Assembly: GCF_006345805.1 (NCBI RefSeq)
Contig: NC_043010.1
Span: 24,614,001 to 24,678,000 of the forward strand
DNA: 64,000 bases
Direction: 5' to 3'
Origin: Octopus sinensis
Taxonomy: Eukaryota
Shown here: one piece after another, positions 37,456 to 48,539 of the stretch
Layout: each line of letters starts with the position of its first letter
Numbering within the stretch: position 1 is the first letter of the stretch
Notes under the pieces: model-generated
Told to the model about the DNA's origin: nothing
The model's database searches: none
Seen by the model: the letters and a program-made list of their open reading frames with translations, nothing else
Program-made: the position numbers and the translations under genes

Positions 37456-39081
37456 CATTGCGGCCAAAATGTTCAGAACGGCATTGTTTTCGTCAGAAAA
37501 TTAAGTATATGTTTTTATCAAAATTGTTTTATATTCTATAATTTTCACAGACAATAAATACAATATCAATTGTTATTGTTTGAGATTTTGGTGTAATTTG
37601 AGAGGATAATACAAAAGTTATGGATGATTTAGTGATCTACTTCAAAACCCATGGCGGCCTAAATGATCAGAACGGTTGAAAATAATCAAAATAATCAAAA
37701 ATGACTGAGAATACTGGAATTATTTAATATTTAGTGTGAAGCCCTTTAGCTTCAATCACACTCTGACATCTTCGACTGCATGAGGAAATTAAATTTTCAA
37801 TTTCTTGCTGGGTGATCTTATTCCATTCTTCCTGAAGGGCATTCCATAATTGTTCAGTTGTTTTAGGATTTCTGGCTTTCGAACGTTCTCCTAGAATATT
37901 CCATACATTTTCAATAGGATTGAGATATGGGCTTTGAGCAGGCCAATCCATAACAATAACCTTTTCAGCCTTGAAGAAGTTCATGACCACCTTAGCCTTG
38001 TGACATGGGGCATTGTCCTGCATGAATATGGGTGGTCGCTTAGTTGAATTTCTCAGCACAGGCAAGACATGATCTTTTACAAGTTGTTTATAAACTCCTG
38101 CATTTACCTTTCCATGTAATCGCACCAAAGGGCCCACACCATCTCCAGATATCATCCCCCAAACCATGACACTTCCTCCACCGAATTTAACACTAGTCTT
38201 AAGGCATTTAGGCGACAATTTTTCACCTACTTTTCTACGAACGTACCTTTTCCCATCTGAGCCAAATAACATAAACTAAGATTCATCACTGAAATGCACC
38301 GTTTGCCATTTTCTTGAGACCACAACACATGTTCGGTTGCAAAGGTAAGACGACACTTTTTATTCTTGGAGCTGGTCAGTGGCTTCACTGCATTTGCTCT
38401 TGCTTGTAGGTCATGTTCAACTAAACGACGAGACACAGTTTTTCGAGATAAAGTTTTCTTCAATACAATTCTCATTTTTCGAGAAACAGCAGCAGCAGTT
38501 TTAAATCTGTCCTTTTTAACCAACTTTACCATAGCACGATCTTCTCTCTTGGTCGTTTTTCTTGGCTTACCTGTAAACTTTCTTGCTTCACACGAACCAC
38601 AATCATCGTAGACCTTAAGAATACCGTGTACAACACTTTTTGACTTGTTAACAATCTTTGCAATAGATCCAATACTTAAATTATCCTTCCTTCGAAGCTT
38701 AATAATCTGCTGACGAATTGGTAACGGAGTAAGTGGCATTATATTAACAAAGTACACTGCAAATATTCTTACTAATGTTTAGTAAACGAACCGTCACGTA
38801 AACAAATTCAAAACATTAGAGTTCGCTGGTTAAATATACTAAAACATGCAGTAAAAGCCACCGTTCTGATCATTTTGGCCGCCATGGGTTTTGCAGTAAA
38901 TCACTAAATCATCCATACCTTTTGTATTATCCTCTCAAATTACACCAAAATCTCAGGCAATAACAAATAATATCGTATTTATTGTCTGTGAAAATTATAG
39001 AATATAAAACAACTTTGATAAAAAATTTTATCTACTTTTCTGACGAAAACAATGCCGTTCTGAACATTTTGGCCGCCACTG
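37456..39081 (-). mobile_element. Full-length Tc1-family transposon (DD34E) with ~225-bp IR/DR ends
   Basis: TA TSD (37454-55, 39082-83); inner and outer repeats ggcc.aaatg.tcagaacgg; transposase in ORFs 38227-38757 and 37724-38272 joined by one frameshift; FSDES..QDNAPCH..(34 aa)..NPIE. Confidence 0.95.
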
Positions 39082-39112
<31 letters not shown>

Positions 39113-39163
39113 AATCAAAAACGGAAAATACACACACTTTACATATAATATAATTTTTAATAT

Positions 39164-39194
39164 ATCGACCGGTTTCGCTTTCGCTATTCATGAT
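39164..39194 (-). ncRNA. 31-nt minimal hammerhead motif with A3-U8 covariant core
   Basis: auc-AUGAAUA-gc-gaaa-gc-GAAAC-cg-GUC-gau. Confidence 0.55.
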
Positions 39195-39696
39195 TTTATG
39201 GTTTACTTATTTGAATATGTATTTTCTTAAGAAGAAATTTTTGTCCATGTTGTGTGTGATGATATTTACGAGTGAATGACTTCACAAGTAGAAAAATAAG
39301 GGGAGATAATTGGTTATCGTCATTATTGTTGTTGTTGTGAGCAAGGGAGATAAAAGTTTAGTTTTCGGTAAGGTTAGGGGAATATATATGTACACACAAA
39401 AAAAAGGTTTCGAAAAACTTGTTTAGTGACGGGATTTATGTACAGTGATGTAATCGTGAATTGAAATATGTAAAAAGATAAAAGTTGGCTATGTGTGCAT
39501 ATTAAGACGTGTTCTGTATTTTTCAATGAAAAAGGTTTCTTAAAAGGTTCTTGTGGGTTGAAGTTATTTTTTCACGTTTATACACAACACCGCTTGGCAA
39601 CCGGTGTTGATTCAGTCAGTGACCACCTATAACGAAACCGGTATGCCATTTTATAATGATTTTTATACATTTTAATATAACTTCAGCCCATTTGCT

Positions 39697-39741
<45 letters not shown>

Positions 39742-39808
39742 TTTAAAAAAGCCTTTTCACGTAATTACACATTGTGCGGTCTCTTTTACTTAATATTATA
39801 TATATAAT

Positions 39809-40014
39809 AAATCAAAATAAGCAACAAGTATATCCGAGGTAATGTGGTTTCATGCTACTTCAAGTAGCATGAAACGATTGTACCACATTACCTCGGATAT
39901 ACTTGTTGCTTTTTTGATTATAATCACCCCATGGATTTATATAGATAACACCATACAAAATTCTGGTGCCTTTGACTTAAGTAGCATATTCATCTGAATC
40001 TAAATTTTGCTGAA

Positions 40015-40016
<2 letters not shown>
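39809..40016. mobile_element. Short foldback relative of the 2819-4011 family
   Basis: Palindrome 39809-39919 containing GAAAC-gatt-GTA-ccac; tail taatcacccca..taacaccata..tctggtgc..catattcat homologous to 3895-4011. Confidence 0.75.
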
Positions 40017-40080
<64 letters not shown>

Positions 40081-40081
<1 letters not shown>

Positions 40082-40365
40082 GTCGAATCCCGGACCGGGC
40101 TGCGTGTTGTGTTCTCGAGCAAGGCACTTTATTTCACGTTGCTCCAGTTCACTCAGCTGTATAAATGAGTTGCGACGTCACTGGTGCCAAGCTGTATCGA
40201 CCTTTGTCTTTCCCTTGGATAACACAGGTGGCGTGGAGAGGGGAGGCTGGTATGCGTGGGCGACTGCTGGCCTTCCATAAACAACCTTGCCCGGACTTGT
40301 GTCTAGGAGGGTAACTTTCTAGGTGCAATCCCATGGTCATTCATGACCGAAGGGGGTCTTTACCC
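40081..40365 (+). mobile_element. SINE family 3 (tRNA-derived, CORE-like middle)
   Basis: B-box-like gtcgaatccc; tgttgtgttctcgagcaaggcactttatttcacgttgctccagttcactcagctg. Confidence 0.8.
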
Positions 40366-40375
40366 CCCCCTTACC

Positions 40376-40422
<47 letters not shown>

Positions 40423-40425
<3 letters not shown>

Positions 40426-43400
40426 TTTAAAAAATCCTTTTCACTTAATTACACATTGTGCGGTCTCTTTTACTTAAAACATGTTTCAATTATATGGAGA
40501 GATTTTACCTGCAAGGCAAATGTTGGCATGGGGAAGACGCCGACACCTCGCCAAAACTACAGGGGCCTTAAGGAGAAAAACGTCCCTGAGGAAAGATAAC
40601 AAACGTCTCCAAGGAAAAAATTTACAAAAGAAGTGCGCTCTTCAGAGGTTATGCACAAGGCAGCAGCTGAGCAAGAGTCTTTTTTGTACATGGAGCAAAA
40701 GATTGTGCAGCAGCTGACCTGGCTACAGCAAGCAAGCACAAACAAGGAACTTTGCCCACACCGCATGGCCACGACAGTCAACAGACACGGGATGACCTCC
40801 CCTAACGCCTGCACAGTCGTCACGCCAATAGTTTTACTAAATATTGGGGGACTGTTGCATCATAATAAAAGCAAAATTTCTTTCCTGAGAGACCTTGCTG
40901 CATGCAATCAAGCCCTTTGCATAGCACTCGTGGAAACTCACTTCAGCCCTGATATTGAGGATGCAGAAGTACACGTACCAAAATATGCCATACTGCGAAC
41001 AGACAGAAGGGAAAGGACCCATGGTAGAGTTGCTGTATGCATTCGTGACGACCTCACACCCCATGTCTTACTGCCATACTCAAATTTGGTACGTGACACT
41101 CTAATTGTATAAGATAACATAATATAGTCATAATATAGCCCTATTCATGGAGCAAGCTGTACTCAGACCAACTAAGGCGAACAACATTCTGCATCTCTGC
41201 TTCACGAACAATATGGATATCATTCATGATGCGAAAGTGACGCCGATACTAGTCTCGGATCACAACATAATAGAGCTGTCTATGTTTGGGCCGAAAGTAA
41301 CCAGAGACATACAGCCTAAAGGAAGCACCCGAAATCTCTCCAATCTGAACTTCCGCAAAGCAGATTGGAAATCGATCCAAAAAGAGATCCGCAGAGAGGA
41401 CTGGCCGACATGTCTCACCAAACCAGTCATTGACATGAAACTAGAATGTTTCATGTCTTCTGAGCAAGCCATATGCCAGAAATATGTCCCAGAGCACAAG
41501 GCCAAAACAAATAGGAAAAAGATTCCAAGAGAGAGGAAGATCCTCATGAGACGACGGACGAAGATTGCAAATCGACTCAACCAACATCCCAAAAGTAGTG
41601 AAAGGTCCCACCTAAAAACAACACTGATGGAGATCGAAAAAAGGCTGCAACAATCCTATGTGAGGGAGAGAGCAAAGAAACCTGGGTTATAAAAAACATT
41701 AAATCAAACCCAAAAGCCTTCTTTCATTACACGAAAGAAACAGTCTCAATACACTGCAAAATAGGACCCCTCCTCCAAAACGATGGCTCACTCACAGACA
41801 GTCCAACTCGGATCAGTGAGGTACTGAATGACCAGTTCAAAACTGTCTTCACCATTCCGTTGGAACACATACAAGTGAACGAACCAGTGGACTTCTTTGC
41901 CGCCTCACCTATATACAGCCAGGCAGTTACGATGGAATACATTGACATTAGCGAAGAAGATGTACTACTAGCCATAGATGAATTGGACACAAACTCAACT
42001 GCTGGTCCTGATAGTCTCCCAACAATCCTCCTCAAATCGTGTAAGCATGCTCTGACAAAACCCCTCCAGATTCTCTTCCAGAGTTTTCTTGCAAATGACA
42101 AGCTGCCAAGCAAGTTGAAAGAGGAAATAATACACCCAATCCATAAAGGTGGAAGCAGAGCAGATGCCAAAAACTATAGCAAAGTCATGGAACGGATAGT
42201 CAGAGGGAGACTAATCGCATTCCTTGAAGAAAATAATTTGCTGAGTGATACCCAGCATGGCTTTCGACCAGGTAGGAGCTGGCTGACCCAGCTCTTACAA
42301 CATTATGACTGGGTGTTGAGGCAGTTACTCAACAACCCAAATGTGGATGTAATATACCTTGATTTTGCAAAAGCTTTTGACAAGGTGGATCATGGTATGA
42401 TATGCTACAAACTGCGTGATCTCGGCATAGCTGGAAAACTTGGAGAGTGGTTACATGACTTTCTGAAAGATAGAAGTCAGGCAGTAGTGGCTAATGGAGC
42501 CACCTCTATGAAAACACAAATAGGGAGCGGTGTTCCACGGGGCATTGTCTTGGGATCAGTGCTTTTTATAATGTCCCTCTCAGATATGCACTCAAGTGCC
42601 CGGATAGCCACCCTTGCAAGCTACGCAGACGATACGAAAGTCTCGCAGAAAATACAGAACTTCAGCGATGTTGCACATCTGCAGCAGGAGTTGGACTCAA
42701 TTTACAGATGGGCTGAGGATAACAATATGCAGTTTAATGCTGAAAGATTCCAATCCCTGCGCTACCAGCTTCCAAAACTGAATATGAAACTTACAGGGTA
42801 CACTGGTCCACAGGGAATTTCAATCCCAGAGTCTAAATCAGTGAGGGACCTGTGTATCGACATGAGTGATGATAGATCTTTCCAAGTGCACATTACCAGG
42901 ATGGCGACAAAGTGCAGACGACCGGCTGGATGGATCCTGAGAACATTCAGAACCAGAGATAAGGAAACCATGATGATCCTCTGGCGGACATTCGTCCCCT
43001 GCCGCCTGGATTACTGCTCACAGCTATAGTCACCCAACAGTGTGAAATAAACAGCGGACCTTGAAGCAATCCAGAGAAGATTCACAAAGAAGATCGTCTC
43101 TTTGCAACTGCTCAGCTACTAGGAAAGGCTGAAACAGCTAAAACTCTACACCCTGGAGAGAAGGCGCGAGAGGTATGCAGAAATATACATCTGGAAGATC
43201 CTGGAAGGAATTGTGCCAAATTTTGGCATTGAAAGCTACATCAATGCCAGAACGGGACAACACTGCATATTGCCAAAGATCCCAGCAACGCCATCGCGCT
43301 TCAGGACCAGTTACTGCAGTAGCCTGCGTTTCAGGGACTCACAGCTTTTCAATATTCTCCCAAAGAGATTTCTTTAACACACTTAAACATTGCCCCAGCA

Positions 43401-43440
43401 TGGCCGCGGCCTTCGGGCTAAAACATTTTTTAGGATTTAA
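40423..43440 (+). mobile_element. CR1-like LINE, degenerate, with internal deletions
   Basis: APE: LLNIGGL..ALVETH..RTDRRERTHG, LHLCFTN..SDHNII; RT ORF 41860-43029: QHGFRPGRS, YLDFAKAFDKV, YADDTK; 3' end ccagcatggccgcggcc-ttcg-ggctaaaac. Confidence 0.9.
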
Positions 43441-43442
43441 GG

Positions 43443-43489
<47 letters not shown>

Positions 43490-43677
43490 ATATATATTAC
43501 GTTTATATATTTGTTGTGCAAGATTTTTTATGTGAAGTCGTGTGTTGAAACAGACATTGTTGTATTTCGGAATGGTCATTTTGCCAGTTTAGCCAATAAA
43601 AACACACGCACTATATATTTGGTGTTACTTTGCTTCAGTGTTATTTATTTTTTACATTAATCTTAACCTTATTTCGG

Positions 43678-43717
43678 CCAGAGTTCTTTCGTCACACTCC
43701 TGTGACCTCATCAGTGG
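43678..43717 (-). ncRNA. Minimal type I hammerhead motif
   Basis: cca-CUGAUGA-g-gucac-aggagu-gugac-GAAAG-aa-CUC-ugg. Confidence 0.58.
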
Positions 43718-43929
43718 TCCTTTGTTTTCTTCTTTCTTATTTGTGTCTCTCCTTACTAACCGTCAGCCATTTTGTATTTCTATTGTATGTGTCTTCATTT
43801 TCGCTTAGCCAGCGGGGTGGCGTCATTCGAAAGCTAAAACAATGCTAACGCATTGAGACCAGCGATGTGTAACAACTTCTGATGGTCTGGTCGGTCACGT
43901 AATCACGTGACGTGATATATATATATACA

Positions 43930-44361
43930 GAAAAAAGTCAAGGTAGAAAATGCTAAAATAATTTAATAAAAACATTTCAGTACCATTTTCGGTCATTGAG
44001 ACTTTTTCGACTGTAAGTATGGAAAACAATTAGAGTTTGGAAAAATTAAATGAAAATTTTTAAAAAGAATATTTGCATAGTATTCAAATACAAGGGGCAT
44101 TTTCCTTGTTTCTGCCTGTCTCTGTCCCTCTTGTTTACTCGGACCCATAAGAGTAAACAAGACAGAGACAGGCAGAAACAAGGAAAATGCACCTTGTATT
44201 TCAATACTATGCAAATATTCTTTTAAAAAATTTTCATTTAATTTTTCCAAACTCTAATTGTTTTCCATACTTACAGTTGAAAAATCTCAATGACCGAAAC
44301 CGGTACAGAAATGTTTTTTATGATAAAATTATTTTAGCATTATCTACCTTGACTTTTTTTC
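43930..44361. mobile_element. 432-bp foldback element in (TA)n with decayed UUGAAAA-type hammerheads
   Basis: ~200-bp arms; centre ttgtttactc-ggacccataa-gagtaaacaa; 44274-44308 cag-ttgaaaa-atctcaatgacc-gaaaccggta. Confidence 0.8.
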
Positions 44362-44383
44362 CATATATATGTATATATATATA

Positions 44384-44443
<60 letters not shown>

Positions 44444-44449
44444 TATATA

Positions 44450-44600
44450 TACGATGGGCTCCTTTCAGTTTCCGTCTTCCAAATCCACTCACAAGGCTTT
44501 TCTCGGTAGAAGAAACTTGCCCACGGTGTCACGCAGTAGGACTGAATTCGGAACCCTATGGTAAGGACCCAAACTTCTCTGCACACAGCTGCGTCTGCGC
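44450..44600 (-). mobile_element. SINE family 2, 5' half
   Basis: acgatgggctcctttcagtttccgtc..aaatccactcacaaggcttt. Confidence 0.75.
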
Positions 44601-44869
44601 CTATCTTTAACATAATGGGTCAGTGGTGTCAACGAACTTTAAAACATAGTTATAGTTTTACTAATGTACTCGATAAAATGTAAGTGACCCAGAGAATTAA
44701 TTAGGAGAAAAAACATTGGGCGGCTCTCTTTTAAAATGAATTTTGTATTCGTGACAAAGATTACAATTTTTAGGGAAAGTGTCACTCCTTAGAGAATTAG
44801 TTGCTTTGTAGAAGAAAATATCAAAAGAGTTCATAACAATGGTGTGGATTCGAGTTTAATATTAACCCG

Positions 44870-45055
44870 GCGAAATGCTAAGTGGCGTTTCGTCCATCTT
44901 CACGTTCTGATTTCAAATTCTGCCGAGGTCAGCTTTGGCTTTCATCCTTTCAAAGTCAATAAAATAAGTACCAGCGGAGTAGTGGGATCGATGAAATCGA
45001 CTTATTCCCTCCTCCAAAATTGCTGGCCTTGTGCTAAAATAGGAAACCAATATTA
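44870..45055 (+). mobile_element. SINE family 1, 5'-truncated, tail type 2
   Basis: cggcgaaatgcta..ccgaggtc..aaattgctggccttgtgc. Confidence 0.75.
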
Positions 45056-46376
45056 ACCTTATAATATCTAAATTATCTCTATGGTATACATATTTATTCT
45101 TAATACACTGTGGCAGATTTCAGCGTGAATGTACAACTCGACATGCTAGAAACAATACCTAAATAACATACGGTGCACGAATAACATACGGTGCTGTTTG
45201 CTGTTCTTTTTACTGATTTTACAATTGTTTATTTTTTGTTTTGTTTTATTTTTTTATAGTTATAATTTTTTTTTACTGGTTAATATAGTTTTAGATAACC
45301 TGAATAAAAGATAGGATAGTAGGATAGTCGTGTCTGAAATGTATTCAATGATAGGCCTGCTCGATCATTGCTGACGTGAGGCTTAACCAAATAACATATG
45401 GTGGATAAGAAGAAGTTGTTTATTTTCTTCTATTTTATTTTGTCTGCGTATTTCATAATATTTATGATTAAGGAGCGTGTTTTTAAGGCAACGAGAAAAG
45501 AATGAAAATATGTTTGACAAATATGCTGACCAATACCTTGACAGAGGAATTTCTTGGGCGAATGTTTTGAGGAGGCTTCTGTAGACAAGCATAGATATAC
45601 GCATATATATACATACATAGAGAGACACATATATACATAAGTATATGTATAATATAAATGTATATATATAATATATATGTAGATGTATATCTGTGTATAC
45701 ACCTATCTACTTATTTATCTATCTCAATATATGTATATTTATGTATGCATATCTATCTATCACTATGTATGTATGTATATATGTATGTATGTATGTCCGG
45801 CTTCATATGGATGCCTTGTTAGAACAGCGTATACAGGGTTATTAGCCTTGAGAAAACTTCTCATATAGACGCTTGAGGCATAAAAGCACTTGCTTATATG
45901 AGCCTTTCTAATACTAATACTGTTTCTGTATATAAATATATATATATAATGACACCCCATTCTCGCGCCATTTCCGCTCCACCGGTCACTCTTTGCAATA
46001 CCTGTCTGTGTTCCGATTGTCCTTGTACGGTGGGGTGGGGCATCCGGATTCCTGTTTGCGCCGTGGAAAGGGATTAAGCTTCTTTGCGCCACACGCATGA
46101 ACTCAACTCTCTTCCCCTCTTTATCTAACCTTCTCCCCTCCCCTCTCTCCCACTCACACCTACTTCCTCCCACCCACCTCTCCTCTCTTGCTCCGAGTCC
46201 TACTTCTTCTCTTCATTCCTACTCTCCTACTCTCTTCTCTTCACTCCTACCCACCTTCTCCCTTCATCGTCAACCCTCCCTCGTACCCCCACCCACTCCT
46301 ACGCAATCCAACTAATACATCTGTTTGTTGTCTACACCACCTGTCTTCGTCTTTTGTTTTGTTTTTGTGAATTCTA

Positions 46377-46422
<46 letters not shown>

Positions 46423-46436
46423 TATATGTATGTATG

Positions 46437-46530
<94 letters not shown>

Positions 46531-46534
46531 TACG

Positions 46535-46570
<36 letters not shown>

Positions 46571-47404
46571 TGTATGTATGTATGTATGTATGTATGTATG
46601 CATGTATGTATGTATGTATGAAGCTATCTATGTACGAGGCGATGCTGAAAGCTCCTGGCTGTAAAGGTATCGCGAAAGGTCTGGTCTTAAGCCGAATACC
46701 TCAACCACTAAGCTACGCACCGTTACATTTAAAGCTTTGTGTTGTATGAAAGCAGAGCAAGGGTCCACAGCTTTGAGGGTTGTGATTTCCTTAGTTTGGG
46801 GGAGTGAAGATGATTTTTCTCTCCACTGAAGTTAGTCGGGTATTTTTCCGGATTCCATGGAGAGCCTTCTTTGGGCACTTGCCTTGGCTCCCCACGGGAA
46901 TAGGGACCCGATTCAGACCTATGTAATTATAGGAAATTTCGCCAGATACATTTCTTGCCCTAGGAAAATTCGCCAAGAGAAAACATATTACAGTAATCCC
47001 TTGGCTATTGCGAGTTTTACGCTCCAAAACCCCCGGCGAAGCAGAAACAGTAATGTACTGTTTATTTTTTTATTATTATTTTTATAATCTGTATATATTT
47101 ATTGATAATAAATGCAAAGCAACACCACAGAGGAATCGACGTAAGCTTAGATAATAAACCGCGTTAAGTGAACCGAGATATTGCGAGAGATTACTGTAGC
47201 TTTTTCTCAAAATGGCGAATACATCAACTAACCTACCAATCAGAGAATGGCAATTTCTTTAAAATGAGTTATCTAGTTTACAGTCTGCTTGTCTGCCTCC
47301 TTTACGGCAAACTTTCTTTTGGTAAATTTTCCCCACGTCAATATGTTTATAAAGTTAGTTTTCCGGACACCAATCTATGTATGTTTCATTTAGTTTGGTA
47401 ATAT

Positions 47405-48035
47405 TGATTTCAAATTTTGGCCCAATGCCAGCAATTTCGGGTTGCGGGGAGCTAAGTCGATTACATTGGCCCCCAGGGTTCAACTGGTGCTTATTTCATC
47501 GACTTCGAAAGATGGACTAAGAATGTAAAAAAGGACGAAATGCCGCAAAACATTTTGTCCGGCGTGCTAACGATTCTGCCAGTCCGCCACCTTTTAGTTT
47601 AGCAATGTTGGTGTTTGTGTCTTTACGGTGAGGAGCGATGAGCTGCCAAAATCGTTATCATACCAGGCATAAAATGCTTAGCGGCATTTCGTCCGTCTTT
47701 AGGTTTTGAGTTCAAATTCCACCGAGGTCGACTTCACCTTTCATCGTTTCGGATTCGATGGAATAAATACCACCAGAACACTGGGATGGACGCAGTTGAC
47801 TACCCCGTCCCCAGAAATTGCTTGCCTTGTACCAAAATGTGAAAGTGTTAAGCATGTATGTGTGTAAAGTCATATACATTTTTAGCAGCTTTTCGTCCGT
47901 CGCTACGTTCTGATTTCAAATTCCTCTGACGTCGATTTCGTCTTTCATCCCTTCAGTGACAACAAAGTAAGAACCAGTTGTGCACTGGGGTCGATGTAAT
48001 CGACTAGAACCGAAATTGCTATCCAAAATTTGAAA
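47405..48035. mobile_element. Cluster of three SINE family 1 copies (one -, two +)
   Basis: Core and head motifs at ~47405-47590 (-), 47635-47845 (+) and 47890-48035 (+). Confidence 0.75.
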
Positions 48036-48211
48036 CTGGTATTCATATGTAGCTGTGTGTGTATGTACGTATGTATGTACATACGTAGGTAGGTATGTAC
48101 ATATGTAGGTATGTACGTATGTACATATGTAGGTAGGTATGTACATATGTAGGTAGGTGTATGTACGTATGTATGTACATATGTAGGTGTGTGTCTGTGT
48201 ATGTGTGTGTG

Positions 48212-48267
<56 letters not shown>

Positions 48268-48407
48268 TGTGTCTGTGTCTGTGTGTTTGTGTGATAATTA
48301 AATAAGCATGCCAGTAATCAAACAAATTCATTTAACTCATACCCATACCCACACACATCTTCCTTAATGCACCGATTTGTTCTCATGTCTTATTATTCGA
48401 TGATGTC

Positions 48408-48441
48408 ATTGACTTTTTTTTTTATTTTCCTTCTATTTCAG
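48408..48441 (+). promoter_or_regulatory. 3' splice site upstream of the GPCR coding exon
   Basis: Branch-like ttgac, long pyrimidine tract, ttcAG ending at 48441. Confidence 0.65.
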
Positions 48442-48539
48442 AATGGTGAAATACGTTCCAATGTGACAAAGAGCTGATTTTAGAACATATTCACGGTTGA
48501 AAGACTTTCTAGAGATTCAGTGAATTTCAAGAAACCAGT

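Noticed and set aside
46634-46700. tacgaggcgatgctgaaagctcctggct mariner-like terminal sequence
   Set aside because: Only one end was seen and there is no transposase or partner TIR nearby.
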